This document shows positions 42,211-55,034 of a stretch of 64,000 nt of DNA, one piece after another (positions within the stretch are counted from its first letter, which is position 1; each line of letters opens with the position of its first letter). A program made the position numbers and the translations under genes. This DNA comes from Trichoplax adhaerens (lineage: Eukaryota > Animalia > Placozoa), in NCBI RefSeq assembly GCF_000150275.1, contig NW_002060945.1:6997607-7061606 (forward strand), written 5' to 3'. Below the pieces are notes generated by a model that saw only the letters and a program-made list of their open reading frames with translations, was not told the DNA's origin and did no database searches.

Positions 42211-43338
42211 ATATTCAATTCATTCAAATTTACTAACGAAATTTAGATGTCATATATATATATAGACAGGTAGTGAAAGATCTACCGGACTTTAGTGAGC
42301 GTTATTATGAAACTGTTCAAGAATAAGCCTTACTGGACAGCTCGGTGCAGTAGAATACTGTACCGTGTACACCTTGCTCAAAGCGTAGGACTAGTCCGTG
42401 GCTGAAATTGTACTGTACTACTGTACAGTACAAGGTGTACTGTATATCTCTTTTCTCTTTCAGGTGTACTCGAAGTTATACATTGTATTCTGCACCTTTT
42501 GTGGCATGTTTCATGTTTTGTTAGTACATTACTGCAATGGAATTTCAAGAGCTTAAGTGGACACCATCAGTCATCTATGATACTAAACTTACCCAAGTGT
42601 AATGTCATGGATTACTAAATTTAATTAAAGCGTACGACTACAAGACAATATAGTAATCCGATACAGTGAGAAATCGTAGCCGCTGGTGACATCATTGGCT
42701 TGATTTCATATTACGTATATGATCGTTACGTAGTAATGTACAATAATATTATTGGAGCACTGTTTGAGACACAGATATGAGTCATAGCATTGTGAATAGA
42801 ACATCAACTAAACAGAATTCTTATTTGCACGGCATGGTTAACTAAATAGTCTTTAACAGTAAACAATACTATACTGTACTGTAGAGTATACCACTTTTGC
42901 TCTTCCTTTGCGATATCTTGGCAACAATTGACACTGATCTTCATATAGGTACTATTTAACTTGAATTCTCAACCACTATGATGATTTACAGATGAGCTTT
43001 TACCTCCACTAGTATGAACGTATCAACTACGGACTACTCAACAATCCGCATAGTCTACTGTATGTTCCAAACACGGGAGTCGTGACCTCGTTGCCCTCAC
43101 TTAGTATAGAGTACAGTACCGAACCGCTGCCATGTGTACCTCTAGTGGAGTAGTGATGTGCAGTAGACCATGTTATTGAATGCATAATAATTGAGAGACA
43201 TTTGTGCATACATAACCACTATTAATATTATTATTATTAAATGTTTGTTAGTTTTAGAGTCGGACGAGGACGGAAATAAGAAATTTCCATCAGGAGATTT
43301 GAATTTCAGTAACTTTGCAAAATGCTATTTGACCGCGC

Positions 43339-43373
43339 ACTGTAGACTGTAGACTGTAGACTGTAGACTGTAC
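43339..43373. repeat. 7-bp tandem repeat (ACTGTAG)x~5 upstream of HADHB
   Basis: ACTGTAGACTGTAGACTGTAGACTGTAGACTGTAC read directly from the sequence. Confidence 0.85.
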
Positions 43374-43764
43374 ACAAGGACAGCTCAGAAGTTGTGTGAC
43401 CCGCGGGTCACTCACTCACCCCGTATACAGTACTGTACAGCTGTTTCATGAACAACACACACTCATGTATGAAACTCACTGGTCCACTCAGCCCAGTACG
43501 GTACAACCACATGTGCTGTCAAGGACTACTACAAGAATGGCGATGAATGGCACTAGCGGTGGTTGGAGCACATACAGTTTGCAGTAACAGTACCGCAAAG
43601 TAGAAGTCACAGGCTGACAGCTAGAGTTCAGGGCAAGTTGAACTCCATCGTAAGGAGACGAAGAAGAGCATCTCGTTAGAACCTAGATAGCCGCATTGAT
43701 ATCAGCGTGTTGTTCCGTTATTTGGCAGTAATTTTTGAAATAGGATACTGTATTGGTAGCAGAA

Positions 43765-45165
43765 ATGGCATCAAGGATACTTTCTCAACCAACAACTATG
43801 ACATTCCGAAGGCTAACAAAGCAAATTTCACCTCTAGCTAATTTTCCATCTGTTAGGATGGCATCTAAAGTCGCCACTTCCAAGATGCCCAATATTGTTT
43901 TAGTCGATGCCGCAAGAACACCTTTTTGCATGTCTGGGACTCATTACAAAAATTTAATGGCGTATGATCTCATGCGTGGGGCAATGATAGAATTAGTTTC
44001 TCGAACAAACCTCCCAAAAGATGCTTTAGACCATGTTGCTGTTGGCACTGTTGTACAAGAAGCACAAACTTCTAATATCGCTCGAGAAGCACTATTAACT
44101 GCCGGCTTTTCCGATAAAGTTCCGGCTCATACGGTAACGATGGCCTGCATATCGGCCAATCAAGCAATAACATCGTGTATGGGTTTAATTGCTACCGGCC
44201 AAGCCGATACGACTATTGCTGGCGGTGTAGAATTTCTTTCTGATGTTCCTATTAGATTATCACGCGGACTACGTCAAAAATTGATGGATATGGCCAAAAT
44301 TAAATCCGCCGGCGGTAAAATTACCTCCCTTGCTTCTCTAAAATTAAAAGATATTGGTTTAGAGCCACTGGGTGTATCGGAATTTTCTTCCGGCGAGACG
44401 ATGGGCCATAGCGCAGATCGTCTAACTTCAGCATTTAAAGTTAGTCGCAATGAGCAAGACAGCTATAGCATACGTTCTCATACACTAGCTGCAAAAGCGA
44501 CTAAAGAAGGAAATCTGAGTGATCTCTTTCCTTTTCAAGTGCCAGGCACTACTAATGTTGTCAGTGCTGATAATGGAATTAGAGTGTCAACACCAGAACA
44601 AATGGCTAAGTTAAGGCCAGCTTTTGTTAGACCCTATGGTACTGTCACTGCTGCAAACTCCTCATTTTTGACGGATGGTGCAAGTGCTGCTTTAATTATG
44701 TCGGAGGAAAAAGCACTAGAATTGGGTTACAAGCCTAAGGCATACCTACGCCAATTTGTATACGTATCGCAAGATCCAAGAGAACAGTTGCTGTTAGGCC
44801 CTGCTTACGCCACTCCTGCTGTATTAAAGAAAGCTGGTTTAAATTTATCAGATATTGATGTTTTTGAATTTCATGAAGCTTTCGCAGGTCAGATACTAGC
44901 CAACTTGAAAGCCCTAGATTCTGATTGGTTTGCTCAAAAGTATATGGGCAGGTCAACCAAGGTCGGTGTTCCACAATTAGAAAAATTCAACTTATGGGGT
45001 GGATCTTTATCTATTGGACACCCCTTTGGTGCGACTGGTACTCGATTGGTATACCATGCAGCTGAAAGACTACGCAAAGAAGATGGGAAATATGCTTTAG
45101 TTGCTGCGTGTGCAGCTGGTGGTCAAGGCCATGGCATTATTGTAGAGCGTTATCCATCTAAATAA
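43765..45165 (+). CDS. HADHB: mitochondrial trifunctional enzyme subunit beta (3-ketoacyl-CoA thiolase), intronless CDS
   Basis: First ATG at 43765 with an Arg/Ser-rich presequence. Thiolase motifs [82 protein letters not shown]. Confidence 0.95.
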   Translation: MASRILSQPTTMTFRRLTKQISPLANFPSVRMASKVATSKMPNIVLVDAARTPFCMSGTHYKNLMAYDLMRGAMIELVSRTNLPKDALDHVAVGTVVQEAQTSNIAREALLTAGFSDKVPAHTVTMACISANQAITSCMGLIATGQADTTIAGGVEFLSDVPIRLSRGLRQKLMDMAKIKSAGGKITSLASLKLKDIGLEPLGVSEFSSGETMGHSADRLTSAFKVSRNEQDSYSIRSHTLAAKATKEGNLSDLFPFQVPGTTNVVSADNGIRVSTPEQMAKLRPAFVRPYGTVTAANSSFLTDGASAALIMSEEKALELGYKPKAYLRQFVYVSQDPREQLLLGPAYATPAVLKKAGLNLSDIDVFEFHEAFAGQILANLKALDSDWFAQKYMGRSTKVGVPQLEKFNLWGGSLSIGHPFGATGTRLVYHAAERLRKEDGKYALVAACAAGGQGHGIIVERYPSK

Positions 45166-46646
45166 ATAATGATTTTAATTTTAATCAATAGTAGTATTAT
45201 TGCTAATTCATTCGCAATTAAAAATAATATGTAAAAGGCCGCAACAATTCACAATGTACAGCAATATTGTTTTTGATATACGTGTATACCTTGTTAAAAT
45301 ATAGGCTGGGCTGTATTTTGTATCAAAATGAAAAATGTTGCTTTTTTATTCGATAACAACTACACCATGTAACTTCATGATCTCAGTAAAACAATACAGG
45401 TCTTCATCAAGCGTTCCGCTAACATAATGACGGTATACAGAACCGTTAAAAGTTAGCAAAATGTTATACTACCCGCATGCGGTACTGAGATATTTACATA
45501 GGTTTTGATTGTATCACAACATATTCATTTTGCTCACAAAAGAATTTACTGGTATAGTATACTGTATAGGTTTTATGTTATACAAATGTTATAGCATGAC
45601 TGCAACGTTGTATGCGGAATGTTTTGCTTAGGCAATTTATGCATCTAACATACGTATAGTATTATTATTGAACTTAAATCTAATAAAATGTGTTGCTGCA
45701 AGTCTTTATATAACGGCATTTAAATAAATAAACAGTTTTCTCTTGTGAGGTAAATTAATTTAAATCATCAGATTTTTTGTTATTGCTTCGTAATTCAGAT
45801 AAAAAGATAAAATGCTTGTTAACTTTAATTATGATGCATTTGTAAACTTTAAATTCTATCGTATACGAGTAGTGGAGCCCGTAATACCCTAGTCTAATGG
45901 CATGGGTGCTAGATTTTCAATACTTTACTATCCTAAATTATTATACACTAGGACTACTGTATTAAGTTCGTATGCTATTCTTGAATCGCTGGACAGTAAC
46001 TTGCAAGTAGTTAAATGCTTTCTTTGGAAAAATAGATCAGAATTTTTAGACAAAATCTATTGTAAATTCAGTTTTAATGCTCTCATTGGGTTAATTTCAT
46101 TTAAGAAGAGTCGTTGTACATGTCATCATTGAGAGACAGGCATGGACGTTAGCTCATGCATCAACATTGCTTGATAAAATTATAATTATATGCGCAAAAT
46201 CCTAAATGCACAAGTAAAGAAGCTGTCTATGCAATATACTAGAACCATATGTACAGTACACATTCATAAATGGACATAATTTATATTTCTACGACCAAGA
46301 AGAATGTGTGAAGTCGTGAAATTAACTTCCATATTATATTTTAGTGCAATACATAAAGTGTATAATGATCATAAGCAATATACATAGTATATACGCGTAT
46401 ATCTTGTAAGTCTTGAAAGAATTGAATGCCCAAAACTATGTAACTTTTGCGATAAATTAACCGTTAAAACATGAAAACAGTTTCACATTTTTTCAGTATA
46501 GATTATACTGTACAATAACATACAGTGCATATAGCATAAGTATCCATATAATCCATAAATGGCGATGATAGTTGTTAATTATGATTATACAATCAGTGGT
46601 CTGCAAAGATCTTTACTTTTAATGTAACCCAAGTACCACGGTAATA

Positions 46647-49277
46647 TTAATTATTTTGGGGCCACCAAAGTGGTTTGCTGGCTGTAAGAGTTACTTCAGT
46701 GTTGTTTGTTGTTTTAACAGATAACAATCCAGACAAGCTGCAAAACAATTATTCAATCAACGTCTGGCTTATCAGATTGTAAATCATTAGTACGAACTAT
46801 GACGATTATAATAATAATAATACTTATAATCTACTGGAAGAATTGTATCTTTACAAAACTTGAAAACACTATGTAGTAACGACCCATGGTCGATAGAATT
46901 TGTGTACGGTGTAGATTAGCATTTACTGACCTATCAGCAATTCTTAGTAATGCAACCCCATACTTTCCCGAAAGAGCTCGTAGCTTGCCACAATTTTTAT
47001 TCTTATCATTTAATACAGTTGAGCCAAGGAAAGCAGCATTATCGTCACTAAAACATTGAAGTGTGCATAGAATTATTCTTGCGCAAAATTATAAAGTTCT
47101 TCATCATAAAGTAAGCATAGCATTAATAACAGAATGGGGTACGAATAGGATTAATTGATTAATTAATGATTCATTAACACTGTGTAGAATATCCTTCATT
47201 CGGTCTAGCGTATGTTCATAGTACTTACATTGGATTTAAGAAAATAACCGGCATGAGGCGTTTTCTTATAACGCCAGTGTGATAAGTTCTAGCAGTCAGT
47301 TCTTGTCCCAGATAGCATCCTTTATCAAATTTTACTGTAATTGGTAATTGACATATTTGTTAAAAGAATTGGATAATACTTTATTGATGCATGTACTATT
47401 ACAGAACATGGCATACACGTACCTCCGTCAAGATAATCTAGATTGTATTCTAATGGTAATGATTCCCCTGTAATTACTTCTGATACTCCTTCACAAATTC
47501 CTAATTTCATGCGATCATCCACATATTCTTGATAATTTACATTGATTAAATTTTGAGCGTATTCAGATACTGTGTGAGGAAATATAGTAAAATCTTTATA
47601 GTTAACGAGTATAAGTAAAATTGAATAAAACATATTGCCCTAAATTTAACATCACGTAAATGATAGGTTAACGCATTTCGTCGATACAACGTACAATTCT
47701 TGTGACGAGGTATTATTATCCTCTCTCCTAGTTTTCTATGTTGACGCAAAATAAATTACAAACACATATTAATAGACTATAAATATAACAAATATACGTT
47801 AATATGAAATCATCGTATCATCATGCACTATTTTTTGTAACTTACTGCAGACGAGGATCTTTCGTTCTTAGAATTGGCTCATTTTTAAATGCTAGCGATT
47901 CTCTATCATTATATTTAGCCCACCATACTGCTAACTCCTGATCTACATTGACGATGTCAACCTAGATGAATGTAATATTAGCCTGTTAGCATTCCTATCT
48001 TATGCTAGCAATCATATTGGATGAAACATTCGTTTAATAATAATACATACGTATGCACTCATCATGATTTATTGCATTTAATAATTTGGCCTCGATTTAT
48101 TTCATATACTCGCATACAGGTATTAGAAAATTATGCCAATACCTACCTTCGATCTTAATTTGTAAAATTTGCAGTGATTCTCGATTGCTGTATTTACGCG
48201 AACGTCACATTCTAAAAGGTAATATTCTTCATCGTCATTTCTATTTTTATATAATAGGATATCGTATAAGATTCGACCCTAAAAATATAATGAATATGAA
48301 GAAATATGTAACATTACCCATAGTTATTATAATTTCCCGAAATTACTATTTATAAGTACAAGAACATAGTGAAGTATAATTATCATAGTACTGTAATTAA
48401 TAATAATATCTATTTTATATAAACGTAACAATAAAGATAATACTACAGCTAACCAGGTATCGAACAGGTCTAGGACATTATACCCTCATACTGGTATCAT
48501 CGACTTGATAGAACAGTATAACAAATTGAATAACTTGGATCATTCGGTGAATTTATTTCGATGTTTACACTTTGCGGTTATATTAATATCGCTTACTGTT
48601 AAGGTAATACATCCAAGTTCGTTACGGAGTAGCCGCTAATGACAGACTCCTTATGTCGAAAAAGCATAAAATTCATCCAGATATCGAAGAACATACTCAT
48701 GCATATAGGATTTCTGGGAAAGATGTACGAGTTATTCATCATAAATACTTATCGTCGTATAATTTATGTGAAAAAAAGCTACGACTAACTGATCTAATTA
48801 CAGTATAATTACTAAACCGAGAGGCGTAGACTCTCATAGTACCAGCACATTCATGCGAATTTACAGTACAGTATAAAAACCGTGAGAGCACGCCTATTAC
48901 ATCACGTCCACTCGTACAGTAACCTTAATAGGTAATAATTATTTGTGGAATCGATACAACTATGATCCTCCAGTTTAGTTAGAATCTCTAGAAAGTTTCA
49001 TTCTTTAAGAATTTGATAGTTAGGCAAATCATCTTTCTTTAGAAATTACCTTCGGATTCAACAACATGGCATAAGATGCCGGTTCTGTGGTATTGATGTC
49101 ATTTGTAATCAAACCTTGTAGGAAAGTGGCAGCATCCGGACCGGATATCCTCAATAAAGATCGTTCGAGGAGAGGTGCACATTCAATACATGCCTGTAAT
49201 GTGCTCTTATTTGTATATAATCGGTAAAGATTTTTATTTATTATATTCTGTCTGAAAATTCTTGGCAAAATTTGCAT
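46647..49277 (-). CDS. IBA57: iron-sulfur cluster assembly factor IBA57 (CAF17/YgfZ family), multi-exon
   Basis: Exon 1 [27 protein letters not shown], then [25 protein letters not shown], family signature [25 protein letters not shown], and C-terminal KPLWWPQNN-stop at 46647. Confidence 0.92.
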
Positions 49278-49384
49278 CCTGGAGCCGAATGCTTTTCCTT
49301 TACTACCACACAAGATGAGCGAGCCACTTACTGAATATTTTCTATTGGGCGCTTATATATTTACAAGTTATACCGGGTTCGGAT

Positions 49385-49520
49385 GTACATACTGTACTGT
49401 ATACTGTACCGTATGTTATATAACGCATGCGTTATTCATTATCAATAATGGGATCGTATGGCGCACTGCTACTGGCCACTAGCTGTGAGTACTCAGTACA
49501 GTACTGTACTGTACACTCCG
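49385..49520. promoter_or_regulatory. ACAGT/ACTGT tract upstream of IBA57
   Basis: ACTGTACTGTATACTGTACCGTA and CAGTACAGTACTGTACTGTAC lie 110-240 bp upstream of the IBA57 ATG. Confidence 0.5.
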
Positions 49521-50060
49521 TGCACGTCTGGACTCGTTTCAGCTTTCAGCTCATGATCAGGCTGCACAAATCGGATGCATGTTTAGCTAAATTCGGAACT
49601 CTCTATTTCTTCTAAATTCACAGTCAATTTGCAAACTGTTGTGTCATAGCTCTGTTCCTTTATTAGCTTTCTGCTTGCGTTTGCAGTACGTCTATCTTAA
49701 GGATTAGACGTAAGCTGTAGTAAAACTCTAACAAACATACAGGATAGTTGTTTGTAAGTCAATTATAACAAATACTGTACGTGCATAATAAATTTTAGAT
49801 CTGTTAGAAATGGAATAAATTAACAATAATTCGGCTTCGTCATTTGGACTAAGTAACAATCAGTAAGAAGTGCACTGTATTGCATGATTGAGCTAGCGGC
49901 TAGAGTTGAAAGCAGCATTTTGGCAATAACAAATGGTGGATCAATTCGATTAGACAAATGGCTTAATTAGCCTTAATAATATCTCGATTATTAGCATCAG
50001 TAAAACATCGAAAATCAATATACGCCTTTATGCACAAACCAAAATATGTAGAAGTTGCAA

Positions 50061-50951
50061 TTAATCGCCTCTGCTACCCCGAGGTGCTGCCGCTGTAATT
50101 TCTTCCCAATCTGGCCAGAACTTTTCTTTCATTCTTTCAACATAGTCTACTAAATTGGTTAGCTCTGTTGTTAGTAGTTGATGACAGTAGCCCGACTTAG
50201 GTGTTGCATACAGGATATTCGCCAGACAGCCAAACATGCATGCATCTACTGTAGTAGGAGTATCTGCTAAAAAGTAATCTTTGCTTCCAAGAATTACTGA
50301 AAAAGCTCTCAAATCCTGCTTGCCAATATGGTGTATCTCTTCCGTAGAATGTCTTCCAATACCATGTCCATACATATACTCAGAAACAATTTGCGGGCCT
50401 TGATTCTTGAAAAATGATCTCCAGTTTGGCCGGACGTCGATCATGTCAAGCCATTCTTCCTTTGCGTCGAAAATTCGAGTTTGTTCAATCGTAGCCCAAA
50501 ATGTGTTCTCCTCCATGGTTTTAGTCAGTAATTGAGCCAATGCTTTCTTCTCAGAGCTGAGCTCTCGATCTAAATCAACTGAAAACTCTTTACTTAAATG
50601 CTCAATACAAAATGAGGAATCTGCAACTTCTTTATCATTGACGATGATCCAAGGTACTTTCCCTTTACTGGACATGGTAAAACTGTAGTCATTCTCATAG
50701 GGAATATTTGCCATCCTTAAATAAGTTTCCAACTTGAGTGCAAAAGCAGCTAAGCTGGGTACTAAGCAGTTGCGGTCCACTTGAAAGAGTAGTACCTTGC
50801 CATGAGGAATATCGTAGTGTTTCCTGCGAGGTGCAGTAGGTCTGTAGATGCTGCCATTTTTGAACATGAAATATGTTGCAGCTGTGGCCGCTGCTACGCC
50901 ACAAGTAACTGCGATTGGATGATCGGAAGCAAAGGATAATAAATTGGACAT
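50061..50951 (-). CDS. failed axon connections homolog (FAXC/metaxin-like GST-fold protein), intronless
   Basis: 296-aa ORF with an N-terminal hydrophobic anchor. Motifs PSLAAFALKLETYLRMANIPY, MSSKGKVPWI, DSSFCIEHL, GHGIGRHS, PTTVDACMFG, NLVDYVERMKEKFWPDW. Confidence 0.9.
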   Translation of the reverse strand: MSNLLSFASDHPIAVTCGVAAATAATYFMFKNGSIYRPTAPRRKHYDIPHGKVLLFQVDRNCLVPSLAAFALKLETYLRMANIPYENDYSFTMSSKGKVPWIIVNDKEVADSSFCIEHLSKEFSVDLDRELSSEKKALAQLLTKTMEENTFWATIEQTRIFDAKEEWLDMIDVRPNWRSFFKNQGPQIVSEYMYGHGIGRHSTEEIHHIGKQDLRAFSVILGSKDYFLADTPTTVDACMFGCLANILYATPKSGYCHQLLTTELTNLVDYVERMKEKFWPDWEEITAAAPRGSRGD

Positions 50952-51029
50952 TGCAGAGGTATGTTGCTTAGAATAAAATGAGAAGAGAAGCTAAAGGCGA
51001 AGGCTCGGTTGTTAAATAATAACCGAAGC

Positions 51030-51545
51030 AAGCACGTACAGTACAGTAAATAGCTCAGCTCAGCTCAGCTAAGCTCAATCGACCAATAAGGCGCTTTGTA
51101 CAGTGTACAGATTACAGTGCATTACACCGATAGACTGTATACTGTACACTGTAGTACCTGGCCCCATGCTCGTACCATAAAATTGTGCAGTACTCTACGG
51201 TACTGTACTGTATGGTGGACTACCAGAAATTCTATACAGTACAGTACTGTACTGTCTAGCACTTTGCGCATCTCAGAATACGTACCCTCGACGTCAGAAG
51301 TTGCCTTAGCCTAAACCCTCCTCGTCAAGTAAAATTAGTCGACTGTCTACCTCTATTTTCTTGTTTAGTTCTGCTTCTCATCCCTGTGCGGAAGTCATTT
51401 CTAGCATTGGTTGACTGAAAATCGAATAAATTCACCATCAGAACGTAGGTGGCCATCGAGATTTCTTCTCCATTATACTGCACTGTGCAGTGTACACAGT
51501 ATACAGTGCTACAAATTTGCGATCATCGAAATATTCAGTACGTAG
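51030..51545. promoter_or_regulatory. ACAGT/ACTGT tracts in the divergent FAXC-like / YJU2 promoter
   Basis: Tracts at ~51036-51260 and ~51476-51540, between two head-to-head ATGs (50951 and 51559). A CCAAT sits at ~51083. Confidence 0.55.
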
Positions 51546-51558
51546 AGAGTAGAGAGTC

Positions 51559-53958
51559 ATGGGTGAAAGGAAAGTCTTAAATGTAAGTAGAATGTTCTCT
51601 GTTTAGATATCTTTCTAGATAGGTCTTAAATCATGTTGTTATAGGATAGAATCAGCTGTACTGATCTTTATATTCTTCATCTATAGAAATATTATCCTCC
51701 AGATTTCGATCCAAGTAAAATACCCAGATTAAGATTACCTAGAGATCGTCAATATACTGTTCGTTTGATGGCTCCTTTCAATATGAGGTAAGCAATCAAC
51801 AATGTTGTCCTCATACTGCATTAGTTAAAGATACTTTTGTGGGTAGATTTTGACTCTCGTACTTCTTCCCGGCATAAAGTAGCGTATAACTCAATTTCTT
51901 TACTCGATAGGTGTACGACATGTGGTGAATATATCTATAAAGGCAAAAAATTCAATGCTAGGAAGGTAATGCTATAAAAAGTTACTGTGTTGTTGAATAA
52001 GTTAAGAACGCAACTGCTAGCATAATTTGCTAACTAGATTGATTAAATATAATTGTTAGTAAATTAACCAACTATAAATTTTACTGTCTGAACAGTTTAT
52101 AGCTGCCATGCGTATACTTTATTTATCATACTATAGTGATGTTAAAACTTCGTCCCTGTACAGTAACGTTTTAATTGGATAAAAGTTTTAGGTCATCATA
52201 AATGAACGTAGTCGTAGCACATCAGTAGCCGGTGTACGTGTATTTTCTCATAATGCGTACATTTGAGCTAAAAAATGGACACCTAACTGATCTAAATTTA
52301 CTCGTGGAATTATCTCTGTAGAATATTCAAGCATAATGTCTACTGTTTAAATAGGAAACTGTGCAAAATGAAGAGTACTTAGGGATTAAGATATTCCGAT
52401 TTTATATAAAATGTACCCGATGCCTTGCCGAAATCACTTTTAAGGTAAATTTTTATTAAATATTTCAATGAAATACATCTGCCTACTGTAGAGTAGTTAT
52501 TGGTAGTCCTTTTGATACTTGCATTACTCATTCAATCTTGCTATTAGTAAAATAGTGAGGGAGTGTAACTTAATAACCCATTATTGATGCAATTAATAAA
52601 TTCCGTGTTGATACCTGCGTTGTATTGTCTTCGGTGTAACGTACAGGTATTCATAACCGAATCATGCGATACAGTAGTTAAATTTTCATCTACGATATAC
52701 GAAAATCTAACGTTTCCTATTTAATTTGCTAAAATTTCATCATTGATCTTAGCCAGTATCCTAGTTCACGTACCTTTATTATCGTATAGAAATATCTATC
52801 ATGCAACAACATGATAAATTGATAATAAAATATCCCTTATAGACAGATCCACAGAATACCGACTACGAATGTGAACATGGAGCAACGCGCAATTTTCAAG
52901 CACAAAAATTTGCAGAAGAAGAGGAAGAACTTAAAAAGCAACAAAGAGAAGAAGAGGAAATGAATAATCCAATGAAGGTTATTTTACCTATCTTTGTTAA
53001 GAAGACTCAAACTTCGATATAATCTCATACCATATACCATTGCTGTAACGGTTCATTGATATCTTCTTGTAGGCATTGGAAAATCGAACCAAAGATTCTA
53101 AGGCAGAAATGGATATGCTAGATACACTAGAAGAAATTAAGGATCTAAACGCTCGTAATGCTAAAGGTAAATAATACATAGTTTTGAACCGATGATTCAA
53201 CTAATATCGAATAAAAAATCATTCTCACTGTGATATTAACATGATTTAATAAACTAGTTATTTTCTTAATCTCGAAATTATTATTGTTATCACAATATGC
53301 AACAGTCGATATTCGAGAGTTACTAGAAACCTATCACGAAGATTTTGTACAGGAGCTAATTGAAAAGCAAAAAGACGAAGAAGCGATAATTCAGTAAGTG
53401 ATGGATAAGAATTACTTTTTTATAATCTATTAGGTCAGGTTGGATGATTGTTAAACTTTCGATATCAGGCGAATGGTTTAAATTTTAACCGTTTGTTAAT
53501 AGAACAGTATTTCAAGCCGAAGTTAACAAAATTAAACGTCTCGATGATTCTGATGAAGATAATGATGATGAGATAGGAACAATAAGAACACAAAATACAA
53601 ATTCTACACTTCCTTCGAAAAGGTGCACGGATATCATGTTGCCGGTGAGTACATTGTTGCACCGTCTTATCCGTATATTAAATTGAATATAATGTGAATC
53701 ACCTATTCCTTCAACTGTGTTTCTAAATCTTTTATTGCATAGGATGCAAATGAACCAAGTCAAAAACGCAGAAAAAATGTGGACAAGATGTCCCTGCTAT
53801 CATCTATGGTAAAAGTGAAAAAAAAGCCATCCAATGCTGAAAACTTGTCAGCAAATAAGGCAAATGAAAGTTCTAATACTCCAAAGCTGCCCTCATCACA
53901 AGGTGGTTTGGGTCTTATTTCTAACTATTCAGGAACAAGTTCTGAAGATGATTCATAA
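51559..53958 (+). CDS. YJU2: splicing factor YJU2 (CCDC94), multi-exon
   Basis: Exons 51559-51582, 51687-51787, 51911-51965, 52355-52444, 52843-52977, 53073-53166 and further exons to TAA at 53958. Translation [87 protein letters not shown]. Confidence 0.95.
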
Positions 53959-55034
53959 TATCAAGTAATAGGAATAGCTTTTCTTTCAATATTTCGTGGT
54001 GAATTTCTTTGCTATTATTGCACTATTTAAGATTTGTCCATATATTGTTTTTTACTCAATGTAAAAAATTTTTATAGCGTAAGATAGAATTATGTAGTAT
54101 TGTAAATTTATTTACTTTCCTTTGATAAATGACTGCAATGGGAGTAACTTATAAGCAGCCATGACAATCATGTTACTTAGTTTACATTTACTGCCTCATA
54201 AGAAAAGTTCAAACAAATGAAAACATGAACAGCTTTAGTATTGTATCTGTACATAGTTTTACGACATAAACAGGACGGCGATATTGGCCCATGAGGTATG
54301 CTTCTAGCGCACGATTAAATAATATTTGAGTCATGAACTTATAATAAATTTTGTCAAATGGGCCCTTCTTGTAGTTTTGTCGACAAATCATGTGACATCG
54401 CCTTTAACTTCAATTAAAAATGATTACCATGTTTCTAAAAGACTTGTTATCGTCATCAGCTTATCAATAAGCTGCTGCCTTCACTTTATTTCGAACAAAC
54501 AGTAACAGTTGGCTATTATTATTTGGATATATGATAACTCTAGGTCTAATAAAGACATTCTCAGTTATAGTATTAGATATATTAGTGTAATACACGCAAT
54601 TCAAAGGCCAAAAATTTGTTTAGTTATAAAGCATCAAAACCTACTAATGTTACATAAAATTTCTTGGTAATGAAATTGCATCGAACAAATATTTTAATTA
54701 AGTTAGGATCCACCGATCCGCAATTAAATCCAGCTATTATAACTTGCTTCGATGATCGATATATAATTAATCTTTAAATTTAATCTTAACCTGGCTATAA
54801 ACATTAATTACAGGCGTATGAATATTTAAACATATAACATGACGTTACATTAATGCATGTACATATAAAATGTTGTACATAAGACAAAGTTTATCATGAA
54901 CAAAGGTGATTCGACTATAGTTAGCCTTAGTTTTAGGAACTTCGACGTTTGGTGCAGTAGCACAAAATCGGAAAAAATGATAATGTACCTGCAGCCCCGT
55001 TTGAGGGACCGTAATGAAAGTACACTTCTTTCGG

